Origin: Patescibacteria group bacterium | GTDB taxonomy: Bacteria; Patescibacteriota; Patescibacteriia; Magasanikbacterales; JBBTQS01 | DNA: 64,000 nt | Assembly (NCBI GenBank): GCA_038065555.1 | Contig: JBBTQS010000003.1 | Span: forward strand, 26,266 to 90,265 | Direction: 5' to 3' | Part shown: piece by piece, positions 27,625 through 37,019 of the stretch | Numbering within the stretch: position 1 is the stretch's first letter | How the letters are laid out: every line of letters starts with the position of its first letter | The notes under the pieces: model-generated | What the model was told of the DNA's origin: nothing | Database searches by the model: none | The model's input: the letters and a program-made list of their open reading frames with translations, nothing else | Program-made: the position numbers and the translations under genes

Positions 27625-28602
27625 TTATGAAATTTTTTTCGGCGTAATCCCTTTGCCGTACGTGCGATAGAACGTCTCGATCTCACGACGATGCAAGAGA
27701 CCATCTTGCGGGCCAATATGCAGTATAACACTACTACTGTTAGCTGCGCCCCAAGTCAGCGCCGTCGGAAGGTCCTTACCCTCATTGAGCGCGGCAATGA
27801 CACCAACAGCAAACGAATCTCCCGCACCAGTTCGCTCAACTACTTTTGTGCGCAGAATCGGCATGAAGAACATGTCCTCGCCGTCATACGCAGTGGCACC
27901 GTTAGGACCATCCGTGATGAAGACCATTGCTGCACCGAGCTTGTAGAGCGCGCGCAAACTTTCTTTGATCGATTTCTTCCCCACAATACGAGCGGCCTCT
28001 TCGACGTTCACAAAGAGTGCGTGTGTGACTGCGATAACTTTCTTCACCTCGGTCACGCCTTCGAGAAATTGATACGTTCCAGGATTGTACGCAAGACGAG
28101 TGCCTGTGCGTTCCACATGCGCAATGACTTGTTTGTTGTACGCCATATGCCCCGCGGCGAGACTCGTGAAATACACCCACTTCGACCGTGGCAACTTGGG
28201 TAGTCGATACGTGCGTGGTGCGTGATACACGAGAATGGTGCGATCTCCCTGGAAGCGAATCACAGTCGACGCGTTCGTCGCATTCTTTCGATCACGCTCT
28301 ACGAACTCGCGCGAGACTTTGTTCTCAACCAGCGCTTGCACAATTGCATCTCCGCTCTGATCTACTCCGAGAATCGTATGAATCGCAGTGCGCAACCCGA
28401 GTCGCGCGCAGCCAATCGCGTTGTTCGCGGCGTTGCCGGCTACTTTTTGTACCATGTTCGAGACAGGCAGCTTGTCGCCGTAGCGCAACTGGAGCAAACA
28501 GTTCGTACGATCGATGGAGCATGCAAGTGATGCGTCTCCAATCTCAATGAGAGTGTCGATCGTAGCATCGCCCAATGAAATAATATCCAACATACACAAC
28601 AA
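27625..28602 (-). CDS. PfkB-family carbohydrate kinase
   Basis: Ribokinase-like motifs: 'GGNAANNA'-like (AGNAANNAIGCARLG) and C-terminal 'TGAGDSFAVGVIAAL'. Confidence 0.8.
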   Translation of the reverse strand: MLCMLDIISLGDATIDTLIEIGDASLACSIDRTNCLLQLRYGDKLPVSNMVQKVAGNAANNAIGCARLGLRTAIHTILGVDQSGDAIVQALVENKVSREFVERDRKNATNASTVIRFQGDRTILVYHAPRTYRLPKLPRSKWVYFTSLAAGHMAYNKQVIAHVERTGTRLAYNPGTYQFLEGVTEVKKVIAVTHALFVNVEEAARIVGKKSIKESLRALYKLGAAMVFITDGPNGATAYDGEDMFFMPILRTKVVERTGAGDSFAVGVIAALNEGKDLPTALTWGAANSSSVILHIGPQDGLLHRREIETFYRTYGKGITPKKIS

Positions 28603-28604
28603 AA

Positions 28605-29588
28605 CTATTTTTTTCGGACTACGGCGCGTGCTGCAGCAACAATATTCTTTGCTTGCATGCCGTAGAGCTCCAACAACTCATCCGGTGTTCCTGACTGACC
28701 AAACGTATCATGCATTCCAACAGGAATAATCGGTACAGGCATTGTCTGTGCAAGTGTTTCTGCCACTGCCCCAAAGAGACCTCCAGTAATTTGATGCTCC
28801 TCCACAGTCACAACACATCCTGTTTTTTTCACCGACGCGAGGAGTGTCTTCTCATCAAATGGCTTGAGACTAGGCATGTTGATGACTTCTGCACGAACCC
28901 CCGACTTGAGAAGTACCTGTGCCGCATGGAGTGTTTCGTACAACAGCGGACCACATGCAACAAGTGTGACATCCTCCCCCTGCGAAAATACTTCTGCCTT
29001 GCCAATAGCAAAGGGTGATTTCGCCGTGGTGATGACTGCAGTCTTCTCACGTGCAAATCGTACGTACACCGGGCCATCATACAACGCTGCTGCATGTATC
29101 GCCTTGCGTGTCTCTTCCATATCGCATGGTGCGAGCACCACCATGTTCGGCAGCACTCGCATAATCGCCATATCTTCAAGCGCCTGATGCGTTGCGCCAT
29201 CAGGCCCCACCGAAATCCCCGCATGCGCACCCATGATCTTCACATTCGTGTTGGAATAACACACAGAGACACGAATCTGATCCCAATTGCGTCCAGGCGA
29301 GAACACCGCATAACTAGAAATGAACGGGACAAACCCTTCTGCAGCCATCCCCGCTGCAATCCCTGCCATATTTTGTTCCGCAACACCTACTTCAATAAAT
29401 CGTTCTGGAAATTTCTCTCGAAACCAGTGCGAACGTGTGGACTCAGTGAGATCGCAACACAATACTGCGATATTTGGATTCAACTCCCCCGCCTCAACGA
29501 CACCATGGCCATAGCCATCACGCGTCAACCCATACTCAGGTTTGCTGAGGAGGTTTGGTGCCAAATGTTTTACCAGAGGAATGATCAT
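28605..29588 (-). CDS. tkt: transketolase, C-terminal (pyrimidine-binding) subunit
   Basis: Start ATG 29586-29588 overlaps the N-subunit stop (ATGA). Matches the Pyr and C-terminal domains of split transketolase. Confidence 0.85.
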   Translation of the reverse strand: MIIPLVKHLAPNLLSKPEYGLTRDGYGHGVVEAGELNPNIAVLCCDLTESTRSHWFREKFPERFIEVGVAEQNMAGIAAGMAAEGFVPFISSYAVFSPGRNWDQIRVSVCYSNTNVKIMGAHAGISVGPDGATHQALEDMAIMRVLPNMVVLAPCDMEETRKAIHAAALYDGPVYVRFAREKTAVITTAKSPFAIGKAEVFSQGEDVTLVACGPLLYETLHAAQVLLKSGVRAEVINMPSLKPFDEKTLLASVKKTGCVVTVEEHQITGGLFGAVAETLAQTMPVPIIPVGMHDTFGQSGTPDELLELYGMQAKNIVAAARAVVRKK

Positions 29589-29589
29589 A

Positions 29590-30447
29590 TTATTCGTGTT
29601 CGCTCCGAACTTTGCCACCGAGGGTTCGCAATTGATGCAACGCGCGCTTTGCTTCGTCCTTCGCAGGAGTTTTGCCATGCCAATTGTAATCGAACTCCAT
29701 GAAATCTACCCCCTTACCTGGAATCGTGTGCGCAATAATTGCTACCGGACGTTCATAGATAGCGCGTGCTTCATCACAGGCATCAACAATTTGGCGAATA
29801 TTGTGCCCATCAATCTCAATCACGTGGAAGTTGAACGCCGCGAACTTCGCAGCGAGCGGCTCAATAGGCGCCACAATCTCTGTGTTACCGTCGATTTGAA
29901 TATTATTGCGATCAACAATGACCGTGAGACGATGCAGCGGCTTGTTGCCAGCGAGCATCATTGCTTCCCAGTATTGTCCCTCCTGAATTTCACCATCTGA
30001 TGTGAGCAAAAATGTCTCATACGTTCGTTTGCGCATTTGTCCCGCAAGCGCCACACCCACAGCAACCGACGTACCTTGTCCCAACGGACCGCCAGTATTC
30101 TCAATACCAGGCAACGCACCGCGGTGTGGATGTCCTTGCAATCGCGTATGCAATTTGCGCAGTGTCTTCAACTCCTTCTTTGTAAAATACCCCGCATGCG
30201 CAAGTGTTGCGTACCACACCGGACAAATATGACCATTGCTGAGGATTACACGATCACGATCTTCCCAATCAGGCTTCTTCGCATCGTGATGCAAAATATG
30301 AAAGTAAAGCGCTGTAAAAATATCCGCCATCCCAAGTGGCCCAGCCGTGTGCCCTGATCCTGCAGCAACCAACATCTCGATAACATCTTTGCGAATCGCA
30401 GTTGCAATTCGCTCGAGCTGTTGCACTTTGGAATCGTGAATGGGCAT
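29590..30447 (-). CDS. tkt: transketolase, N-terminal (TPP-binding) subunit
   Basis: Start at internal ATG (MPIHDSKVQQLE...). TPP motif 'GSGHTAGPLGM... GDGE(I)QEG' and 'HxxGKTP'. Confidence 0.85.
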   Translation of the reverse strand: MPIHDSKVQQLERIATAIRKDVIEMLVAAGSGHTAGPLGMADIFTALYFHILHHDAKKPDWEDRDRVILSNGHICPVWYATLAHAGYFTKKELKTLRKLHTRLQGHPHRGALPGIENTGGPLGQGTSVAVGVALAGQMRKRTYETFLLTSDGEIQEGQYWEAMMLAGNKPLHRLTVIVDRNNIQIDGNTEIVAPIEPLAAKFAAFNFHVIEIDGHNIRQIVDACDEARAIYERPVAIIAHTIPGKGVDFMEFDYNWHGKTPAKDEAKRALHQLRTLGGKVRSEHE

Positions 30448-30548
30448 AGCCCCGCAATTATAACACAAGAGCGCCGATGGATGTTGAATTCCACTGGCGC
30501 TCCCGAGGTTGTATTGCGTCTCATTCGTTACAGACGCAACGTGTGGTG

Positions 30549-31163
30549 TCAGGCAGCGACGATGCTCGTGCACAAGTCACGAACAAAGTCCTCCCACACG
30601 ACGCCGGCATGCAGTCGGATCGTACGCGTTCCATAGACCATCTTGATGGCACAGTCCGGCGGAACGTAGAGAATCTCGACATCCGACGGGATGCTCCCGT
30701 TGGTGGACACGAGTCGGTGTACGTAACCACCTTCTCGTCCGAGATCCGCATGTGGATGCACCACCATGATCTCGCGAGCGAAGGAGTTGCGCATCATGAG
30801 AAGGAGTACGAGCGCCTTCTTCGCCGTTGCGGTCACGCTTCGGTAGTCGACGTTGAGTGGAACTGGACTGAACCAGCTCTCCACTTCCACGCGCGCTCTC
30901 AGCACCCTGTCAGGTTCGCCAGTCCTGATGGGCATCGGTTGTCCCGACGTAAGCAGTCCCTCGAGCTCGAACTGGCTCACGGGACCGAGGTTCTCCGCCT
31001 TGACCAGCCGACCTTCATGCAGGCGAACGATGCGGAACCCCGGTTCACCAGACTCCGGAGTGAGCGTCACCCGAATCTTCCCCACAGGTGCTGGCGCCCC
31101 ACCTCTCACACAACCGTACGTGAAATGAAGCACCGCGCTCCACGACTCTTCAGCACATGACAT
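30549..31163 (-). CDS. hypothetical protein B of a GC-elevated gene pair
   Basis: ATG 31161-31163 preceded by AAGGAG (spacer 6 nt). 204 aa with HPH...H cluster 'VVHPHADLGREGGYVH'. No family recognised. Confidence 0.5.
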   Translation of the reverse strand: MSCAEESWSAVLHFTYGCVRGGAPAPVGKIRVTLTPESGEPGFRIVRLHEGRLVKAENLGPVSQFELEGLLTSGQPMPIRTGEPDRVLRARVEVESWFSPVPLNVDYRSVTATAKKALVLLLMMRNSFAREIMVVHPHADLGREGGYVHRLVSTNGSIPSDVEILYVPPDCAIKMVYGTRTIRLHAGVVWEDFVRDLCTSIVAA

Positions 31164-31232
31164 GTCTCTCTCCTTGTGTGAACCATCGAATACACGCTGC
31201 ACCATGCAGACGCATACATCTTGCTTTCAGCT

Positions 31233-31994
31233 CTACAGCTTTCGGCGTTGTCGCAGAACACTGAGCACTGCGAACACTTGCGTCAGATGCTCATTGGCTT
31301 CGCTGCGGGCGCGGCCTCCATGACCCACCCCCGGATCTCCGTCTACGATGATCTCCATGAGTTCGTGATACGTCACCACGAATTCGCGCGGACCCAGATT
31401 TGCCACAAGCTTTGCCCACGTGTCGTCATCGAGTACGAGTACTTGTTCTCCGTTGCGCTTGAAGCAGAATCGGTTCTCATCCTGAATGATCTCAGGCCCC
31501 TCCAGCAACCCCGCTTCGATTGCTTCCCGAACGAGATCCCCGTTGCGCACCGACTGCACTCCCGCCTTGAGATTGGATGCACTTGCCTCGAACGACGGAG
31601 CCACGAGCACCCCCTTCTTGATCTCCCGTGCAGGATCAGTGAGTGACGCTCCTGGATTTCCTCCACCGAACTTCGCCTGAACCACGATGTGCTCCATGCG
31701 CCGATCTGTGAAGAGCACGATGTACCCCGGCTCCTGCGCACGGTAGTCGAGCACTGGATGGCAGTACGTGACCCACGTCTTTGTGCTTGCTACCCAGACT
31801 CGGAACGAGAACGCTCGAACACCGAAGAACGCTTCGCGTTCGTTGACGATGTTACCTGCGTCATCCTGGTACCAGCGAGTCTGTTGGTTCATGCTGCCCA
31901 CCAACAGACCAATGTCAGTAACCTCTGCGGAATCTTGGCACGCTGCGCGGCACCGCGCCAGCTTCGATCTCCACGACTCATGCGTCATACTCAT
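31233..31994 (-). CDS. hypothetical protein A of a GC-elevated gene pair
   Basis: ATG 31992-31994 preceded by a perfect GGAGG (spacer 7 nt). 253 aa; no family recognised. The upstream part of the track ORF lacks an RBS. Confidence 0.5.
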   Translation of the reverse strand: MSMTHESWRSKLARCRAACQDSAEVTDIGLLVGSMNQQTRWYQDDAGNIVNEREAFFGVRAFSFRVWVASTKTWVTYCHPVLDYRAQEPGYIVLFTDRRMEHIVVQAKFGGGNPGASLTDPAREIKKGVLVAPSFEASASNLKAGVQSVRNGDLVREAIEAGLLEGPEIIQDENRFCFKRNGEQVLVLDDDTWAKLVANLGPREFVVTYHELMEIIVDGDPGVGHGGRARSEANEHLTQVFAVLSVLRQRRKL

Positions 31995-32070
31995 CCAATT
32001 GCCTCCATAGCAATCACCTCCGCTCGAAACTGAACGGAGGTGAGCAGAGTACCAATTATGAGCTACTACG

Positions 32071-32997
32071 TCAAGCTGCGCGCGTATTGAGATAACTGAT
32101 AGCAGAGAGTGCTGCAGTAATGCCCATTCCCGTTGCAATACCAATCTGGTAATACGGGATATCCGTAACATCACCTGCTGCAAAAATCCCCGGCACCGAA
32201 GTCCGTCCCAACTTGTCCACTACAATATGTCCCGAAGGCAACTTCTCGACACAGGTGATGAAATCAGACTGTGGAATCAGTCCAATGTGGACAAATACTC
32301 CTTGCACTTCGAGCCGCTTCTCTTCCCCTGATTTGTCCTTGTATACAATGGCTTCTACTTTGTTCTCTCCCTCGATGCGTTGCGTCATGGCCTCGGAGAG
32401 AATCTCGATATTCGGATGCGCAAGAACCTTGTCGATAAGAATTGTCTCACCCTTGAAGGATGGGTACTTGGTGAGCACATAATGCTTCTTCGCGATCTCT
32501 GCCATCATGAGCGCGGATTCGAGTGCAGAGTTGCCTGTGCCGATTGTTGCGGTGATGCGGTTGCGAAAGAGCGGGCCGTCGCACACCGTGCAGTATGTCA
32601 CGCCGCGATGATTGAGTTGCTCTTCGCCTGGCACACCCAAGTACCGAGGATGTGATCCAGTCGCAAGAATAACGCTGAGTGCTTCGTACACTTCTACTTC
32701 GTCTTGTTCGTTCTTTGCGGTGATGCGGAACGTTCCGCCGTCTTGCAATTCAACTGCAGTTACTACTCGTCCAACGCGCGTAGGAACTTCGTTCGCCTTT
32801 TGCTGTTCCTGGAACTTTTGTGACAACTCGATTCCCGTTGTATGAACAATGGCTGGGAAGTTGTCCACGTCCCCCGACACCGCAACTTCGCCCGAGAGAT
32901 CCTTTGCGATCACGAGGAAATTGAGTTTGCGACGGGATGCGTATACTGATGCTGCGGTTCCTGCTGCTGAGCCACCAATGATAATGAGGTCGTACAT
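32071..32997 (-). CDS. trxB: thioredoxin-disulfide reductase
   Basis: FAD motif 'DLIIIGGSAAGTAA', redox-active 'CTVCDG' and NADPH motif 'IGTGNSALE'. Confidence 0.9.
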   Translation of the reverse strand: MYDLIIIGGSAAGTAASVYASRRKLNFLVIAKDLSGEVAVSGDVDNFPAIVHTTGIELSQKFQEQQKANEVPTRVGRVVTAVELQDGGTFRITAKNEQDEVEVYEALSVILATGSHPRYLGVPGEEQLNHRGVTYCTVCDGPLFRNRITATIGTGNSALESALMMAEIAKKHYVLTKYPSFKGETILIDKVLAHPNIEILSEAMTQRIEGENKVEAIVYKDKSGEEKRLEVQGVFVHIGLIPQSDFITCVEKLPSGHIVVDKLGRTSVPGIFAAGDVTDIPYYQIGIATGMGITAALSAISYLNTRAA

Positions 32998-33064
32998 ATG
33001 TCGTATTGTGCTACACCACCATACCAGTCTTGCGCTGTAGCCTCAAGTCCGTCACAATTGCGGC

Positions 33065-33772
33065 ATGTACGACTACGCTATTATCATTCCCTGCTTCAAC
33101 GAGGCCCAGGGCATTCAGAATACACACGCGCAACTGTGTGAGTTCTTCGCGCAACCAGAATGGCGCGGTTGTAGCGTAGCGTTGGTGTACGTTAATGACG
33201 GGAGTACAGACACCACAGATGCCACGCTCACCGAACTTTCTGGAGCGAGTGAGCACGCAGCAGTCGCTGTGTTCACACACAGCTATCCGGTCAACCGCGG
33301 CAAAGGCGCTGCGATTCGCGAAGGAGTACAACAAGTGGATGCGTCTCACTACGCGTTCATAGATGCGGATCTCGCATTCCCACTCAGTACATTTGCGCAG
33401 ATGTATGCACTGCGCGACAGTGCAGACTTGATCGCAGGTCAGCGTACTGAGTTACGTTCTGCTCGCCGCATGCGCTGGGCGATTTCTCGCGTAATCCAAT
33501 CACTCACCTCGTGGCTTCTCCATCTCCCCGTGCGTGACACACAGTGCGGCATCAAACAATTCTCTCGCCGCGTTGTCACCACACTCTTCCCACAACTTAC
33601 TGAGGAACGATTTGCGTTCGACGTAGAACTCATTGCACGCGTGCGACAACAGGAATGGCCCATTGCAACACTTCCCGTTCCATTTCGGTACCACTCACAC
33701 TCGTCTGTGCGGTTTGTGGACGGTTTGCGGTTCCTGGTTTCGCTCTTACGCCTTTCGCGCCATTCCCATTGA
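33065..33772 (+). CDS. family-2 glycosyltransferase (DPM1/GtrB-like)
   Basis: 'YAIIIPCFNEAQGI', 'VYVNDGSTD' and 'FIDADL' (DxD) motifs. Confidence 0.75.
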   Translation: MYDYAIIIPCFNEAQGIQNTHAQLCEFFAQPEWRGCSVALVYVNDGSTDTTDATLTELSGASEHAAVAVFTHSYPVNRGKGAAIREGVQQVDASHYAFIDADLAFPLSTFAQMYALRDSADLIAGQRTELRSARRMRWAISRVIQSLTSWLLHLPVRDTQCGIKQFSRRVVTTLFPQLTEERFAFDVELIARVRQQEWPIATLPVPFRYHSHSSVRFVDGLRFLVSLLRLSRHSH

Positions 33773-33823
33773 CAAACAACACAAAAGTGCTACACTCCGG
33801 ACGCCATTATGGAGGCAAATCAG

Positions 33824-34447
33824 ATGAAAATCGTTCATTACGCGTTCGTTCTCAGCACCAAAGCACAACTCCCTGCGATCGCGATTTCAAAAGCCGCCGC
33901 TACAGAAGTCCAAGCAAACTTCACGCTCACACTGCGTCTTCCGGACATCACACGCTGTCTGCCACACATCAGTATTCTCAGCGTATTAGTCGAGGATGAA
34001 GTAGCAGAGGATCAACTCAGACTTCGATTCATGGAGGAAGTACGAACCGCAAAGCTCGACGGCAAGTGGCTCAGCGAAATCAACATCGAGATGACGCGTG
34101 CCAGATACGTCGAAGACCTCGGCTATCTCCAAATCATCACCGATCACCCACACTTCGTTCAGATCCACGAGCTCGCCATCGCAGCGACCAGATCTGTGCA
34201 GATGAAGTCCCCATCTGTGAGGATCGTGTCTGACTGCGGCGACAAATACCGACCGCACCTCACGCTCAGTCACAGCGACGACGTGCAAGGGATCCAACGC
34301 CTGGCGGCAAAGTACACGGAGGAACAGCACTGGGGTGATGAAGTACTGCGACTCCGAACTGTCGAGGTGACAAGATACGAGGTAAGACTGGATCATCGCG
34401 GGACATTCCCCGGTGGACGCGAAATCATCAGTAACCCGTACTCGTAG
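33824..34447 (+). CDS. 2H phosphoesterase superfamily protein (LigT-like)
   Basis: Two H-x-T/S-x motifs, 'PHISIL' and 'PHLTLSH'. Start taken at MKIVHYAFVL. Confidence 0.6.
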   Translation: MKIVHYAFVLSTKAQLPAIAISKAAATEVQANFTLTLRLPDITRCLPHISILSVLVEDEVAEDQLRLRFMEEVRTAKLDGKWLSEINIEMTRARYVEDLGYLQIITDHPHFVQIHELAIAATRSVQMKSPSVRIVSDCGDKYRPHLTLSHSDDVQGIQRLAAKYTEEQHWGDEVLRLRTVEVTRYEVRLDHRGTFPGGREIISNPYS

Positions 34448-34541
34448 GACGTCCGAGCGGTTGCACACAGCCGCCCAAACGAGTACCGTTGGTAGTGTGG
34501 CGCCCTTGGCCGCACTAACCACATCATCTATGGAGGACTCC

Positions 34542-35237
34542 ATGCAAAAAATCGCGCTCGTCACTGGCGCAAGCAGTGGCATTGGCGAAGCAGTCGCAAA
34601 AAGGCTTGCGCGTGAAGTCGCTCATGTCATTCTCGTAGGCCGAGACATGGCGCGACTCGACGCTGTTCGTGAAGCCATCGTAGCTGCAGGTGGTTCTGCC
34701 TCGCAGTACTCAGTGGATCTCACCGACAACAATGCTGTGCTGGAATTTAGCACCAAGCTCGCTGCCGCGCACACGCACTTGGACATACTCGTGCAGTGCG
34801 CTGGTGGACTCACGTTCGATACTGATCCGAAGTTCACAGGGAATCCGTTCGCGTCTATCGCAGCGCACATCCAGATGAACTTCACGTCCAAGGTCCTGAT
34901 GCTCAACGCCTGTATCGAGCTCCTCGAGAAGGCGGCGCGTCCAGTGATCCTCGACGTCTCATCGCAAGCATCGAGCTTCCCCGAGGTGACGGACGCGGCT
35001 CATCCATTCGCAGCGCGCACGCATCACGAGCGCGGCTACGTCTGGTCCATGCGAGCTGTCGACGGCATGAATGCAATGATGCAGCGAGACTTCCCGACGT
35101 TCCATGTAGCACTCGTGAACCCGGGACTCATCGCAACACCATTGCAGGCACAACATTTTGCAGATGTTCCGAAGGAGGCAGTCCGAACTCCCGAGAACCT
35201 CGCCGAAGAGATCATCCGCAAGATCAAAGGAGTGTAG
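34542..35237 (+). CDS. SDR-family oxidoreductase
   Basis: ATG 34542 with GGAGG at -10. 'TGASSGIG' cofactor motif, NAG-like 'CAGG' and a catalytic S...YxxxK-like region. Confidence 0.8.
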   Translation: MQKIALVTGASSGIGEAVAKRLAREVAHVILVGRDMARLDAVREAIVAAGGSASQYSVDLTDNNAVLEFSTKLAAAHTHLDILVQCAGGLTFDTDPKFTGNPFASIAAHIQMNFTSKVLMLNACIELLEKAARPVILDVSSQASSFPEVTDAAHPFAARTHHERGYVWSMRAVDGMNAMMQRDFPTFHVALVNPGLIATPLQAQHFADVPKEAVRTPENLAEEIIRKIKGV

Positions 35238-35292
35238 ACTCAACAACAACGCAAGCGCCGCCATCCTTCAGGACTGGCGGCGCTGTTGTTTT

Positions 35293-35790
35293 TTATACAC
35301 GAGATAGGAATCCGCACAGCGCTACAGCAATCGCATCTGCCGCGTCATCCGACTTCGGCATTTCCTTGAGCCGCAGCAACACCTGCACCATGCGCTGCAT
35401 CTGATCCTTCTTCGCACCTCCGTAGCCCGTGATAATTTGCTTGATCTGCAGTGGATTGAACTCACGAATCGCAATTCCAGCACGCGCTGCGGTGAGCATA
35501 ATTACCCCACGCGCATGGCTCACTTGAATTCCTGTTGTGACATTCTTGCCGAAGAAAAGCTGTTCGATCGCCATCGATTCTGGCTGGAACTCTGCAAGCA
35601 ACTTCTCACACGCATCAGCAATTTCTACAAGACGCTGCGAAAATAGCTGTTCCTTCTTCGTCTCCACACATCCATACGCACGAATCGTGAACTGCTCACG
35701 TCCAACTTCCTCAAGTACTGCATACCCCATGCGACCAAATCCCGGGTCAATACCGAGAATACGTCTTCCTACTTCAGATGTACTGCCCAT
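35293..35790 (-). CDS. ruvC: crossover junction endodeoxyribonuclease RuvC
   Basis: 'RILGIDPGFGRMGYAV' N-terminus and a C-terminal 'DAADAIAVALC' catalytic Asp region. Confidence 0.85.
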   Translation of the reverse strand: MGSTSEVGRRILGIDPGFGRMGYAVLEEVGREQFTIRAYGCVETKKEQLFSQRLVEIADACEKLLAEFQPESMAIEQLFFGKNVTTGIQVSHARGVIMLTAARAGIAIREFNPLQIKQIITGYGGAKKDQMQRMVQVLLRLKEMPKSDDAADAIAVALCGFLSRV

Positions 35791-36188
35791 ATTTTTGGTC
35801 GAATACCCATTGCACGTGCAACGAGTAGGCGCGTATTCCCACCAATAAGGTACGGGGGCTCCCCTTCACGAAAAAGAACAACGGGGGCGGGGATACCTGC
35901 ACCTGTTTGGAATCCTTCAATAATTTTGTCCACATCACGCTTAGAACCGATATGCGTGATTACTTCCTGCAGTTGCCACGTAGTGTCACGGGAATCAGTG
36001 TTCATCATTACTTCCCAGTCACTATCACTCAGTGGTTCCAATGCACCCTGTTCGCATGCAACCAAAAGCTCTCCCGCATTCACGTGCAACTCCTCAGCAG
36101 TACGAAAAAATTCACCCTGTTCAAACTCGCCGGATGGTGCAATCCACTGTGGCTCACGAGGTCCTTTTTCTCCTCCTTCTTCCAACAT
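35769..36188 (-). CDS. hypothetical protein inserted between yebC and ruvC
   Basis: ATG 36186-36188 is 1 nt after the yebC stop. Stop overlaps the ruvC start by 22 nt. 139 aa, acidic N-terminus. Confidence 0.45.
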   Translation of the reverse strand: MLEEGGEKGPREPQWIAPSGEFEQGEFFRTAEELHVNAGELLVACEQGALEPLSDSDWEVMMNTDSRDTTWQLQEVITHIGSKRDVDKIIEGFQTGAGIPAPVVLFREGEPPYLIGGNTRLLVARAMGIRPKIWAVHLK

Positions 36189-36189
36189 A

Positions 36190-36921
36190 TTATTGCGCGT
36201 TAGTGTACCACTCCTGCACGTCGTCGTACTCATCGAGTGCTTCGAAGAAATTCGCCACCGATTCACTCGATTCTTCCGGAACAGCAACATGCTCCTTCGG
36301 ACGCCACTCAATACCAACGCTATCTGGCGAAACCCCAAGCGCGCGCACTGCCTCCGTCATGCGGTGTAAGGATTCGATTGGACCAAGGACGGTGAGCCCG
36401 TCTTCGCCCCACACAATATCCTCTGCACCCGCATCAATGAGTGCAAGCTCTGCTGATTCTCGGTCAGATATTTTTGTAGCAGTTGCAGCGCCAACACGTA
36501 CCACAGCAAGATGCAAAAATTGCCACGAAACACTTCCCTGCGCACCAACCGCACCACCAGCTTTGTTGAAAATCGATTTGATGTCAGCTGCAGTTCGATT
36601 GCGATTATCTGTAAGCGCTTCAACAATCACCGAAACTTTTGCTGGTCCAAATCCTTCGTATGTAATTGACTCAAGTGCAACTCCATCTTTGTCTTCTCCA
36701 GTTCCCTTGCGAATGGCGCGCTCAATATTATCCTTGGGCATGTTGACCTCGCGTCCCTGCTCTACAGCAAGTCGCAGCGCAAAATTGGTATCAATAGATC
36801 CTCCGCCTTGTCGCGCAGCAAGTGTAATTGCACGTGCAACACGCGTGAATGCTGCAGCCTTGCGGCTATCCTGCGCGCCTTTGCGTCCCTGAATATTGTG
36901 CCACTTCGAATGTCCGGACAT
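36190..36921 (-). CDS. yebC: YebC/PmpR-family DNA-binding regulator
   Basis: MSGHSKWHNIQ... N-terminus is diagnostic of the YebC family. Confidence 0.85.
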   Translation of the reverse strand: MSGHSKWHNIQGRKGAQDSRKAAAFTRVARAITLAARQGGGSIDTNFALRLAVEQGREVNMPKDNIERAIRKGTGEDKDGVALESITYEGFGPAKVSVIVEALTDNRNRTAADIKSIFNKAGGAVGAQGSVSWQFLHLAVVRVGAATATKISDRESAELALIDAGAEDIVWGEDGLTVLGPIESLHRMTEAVRALGVSPDSVGIEWRPKEHVAVPEESSESVANFFEALDEYDDVQEWYTNAQ

Positions 36922-37019
36922 AGTTGTATTGTTCACCCACACCTTAGCAATTCCCCACCAAAACGCCAACACCCACCGAGCGGTGGGTGTTGGATTCTAG
37001 CTGAACTCTTTGTGCTGCT

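Noticed and set aside
36032-36892. 286-aa plus-strand ORF
   Set aside because: Antisense to the well-supported yebC gene; Ser/Ala/Pro-rich with no coding character.
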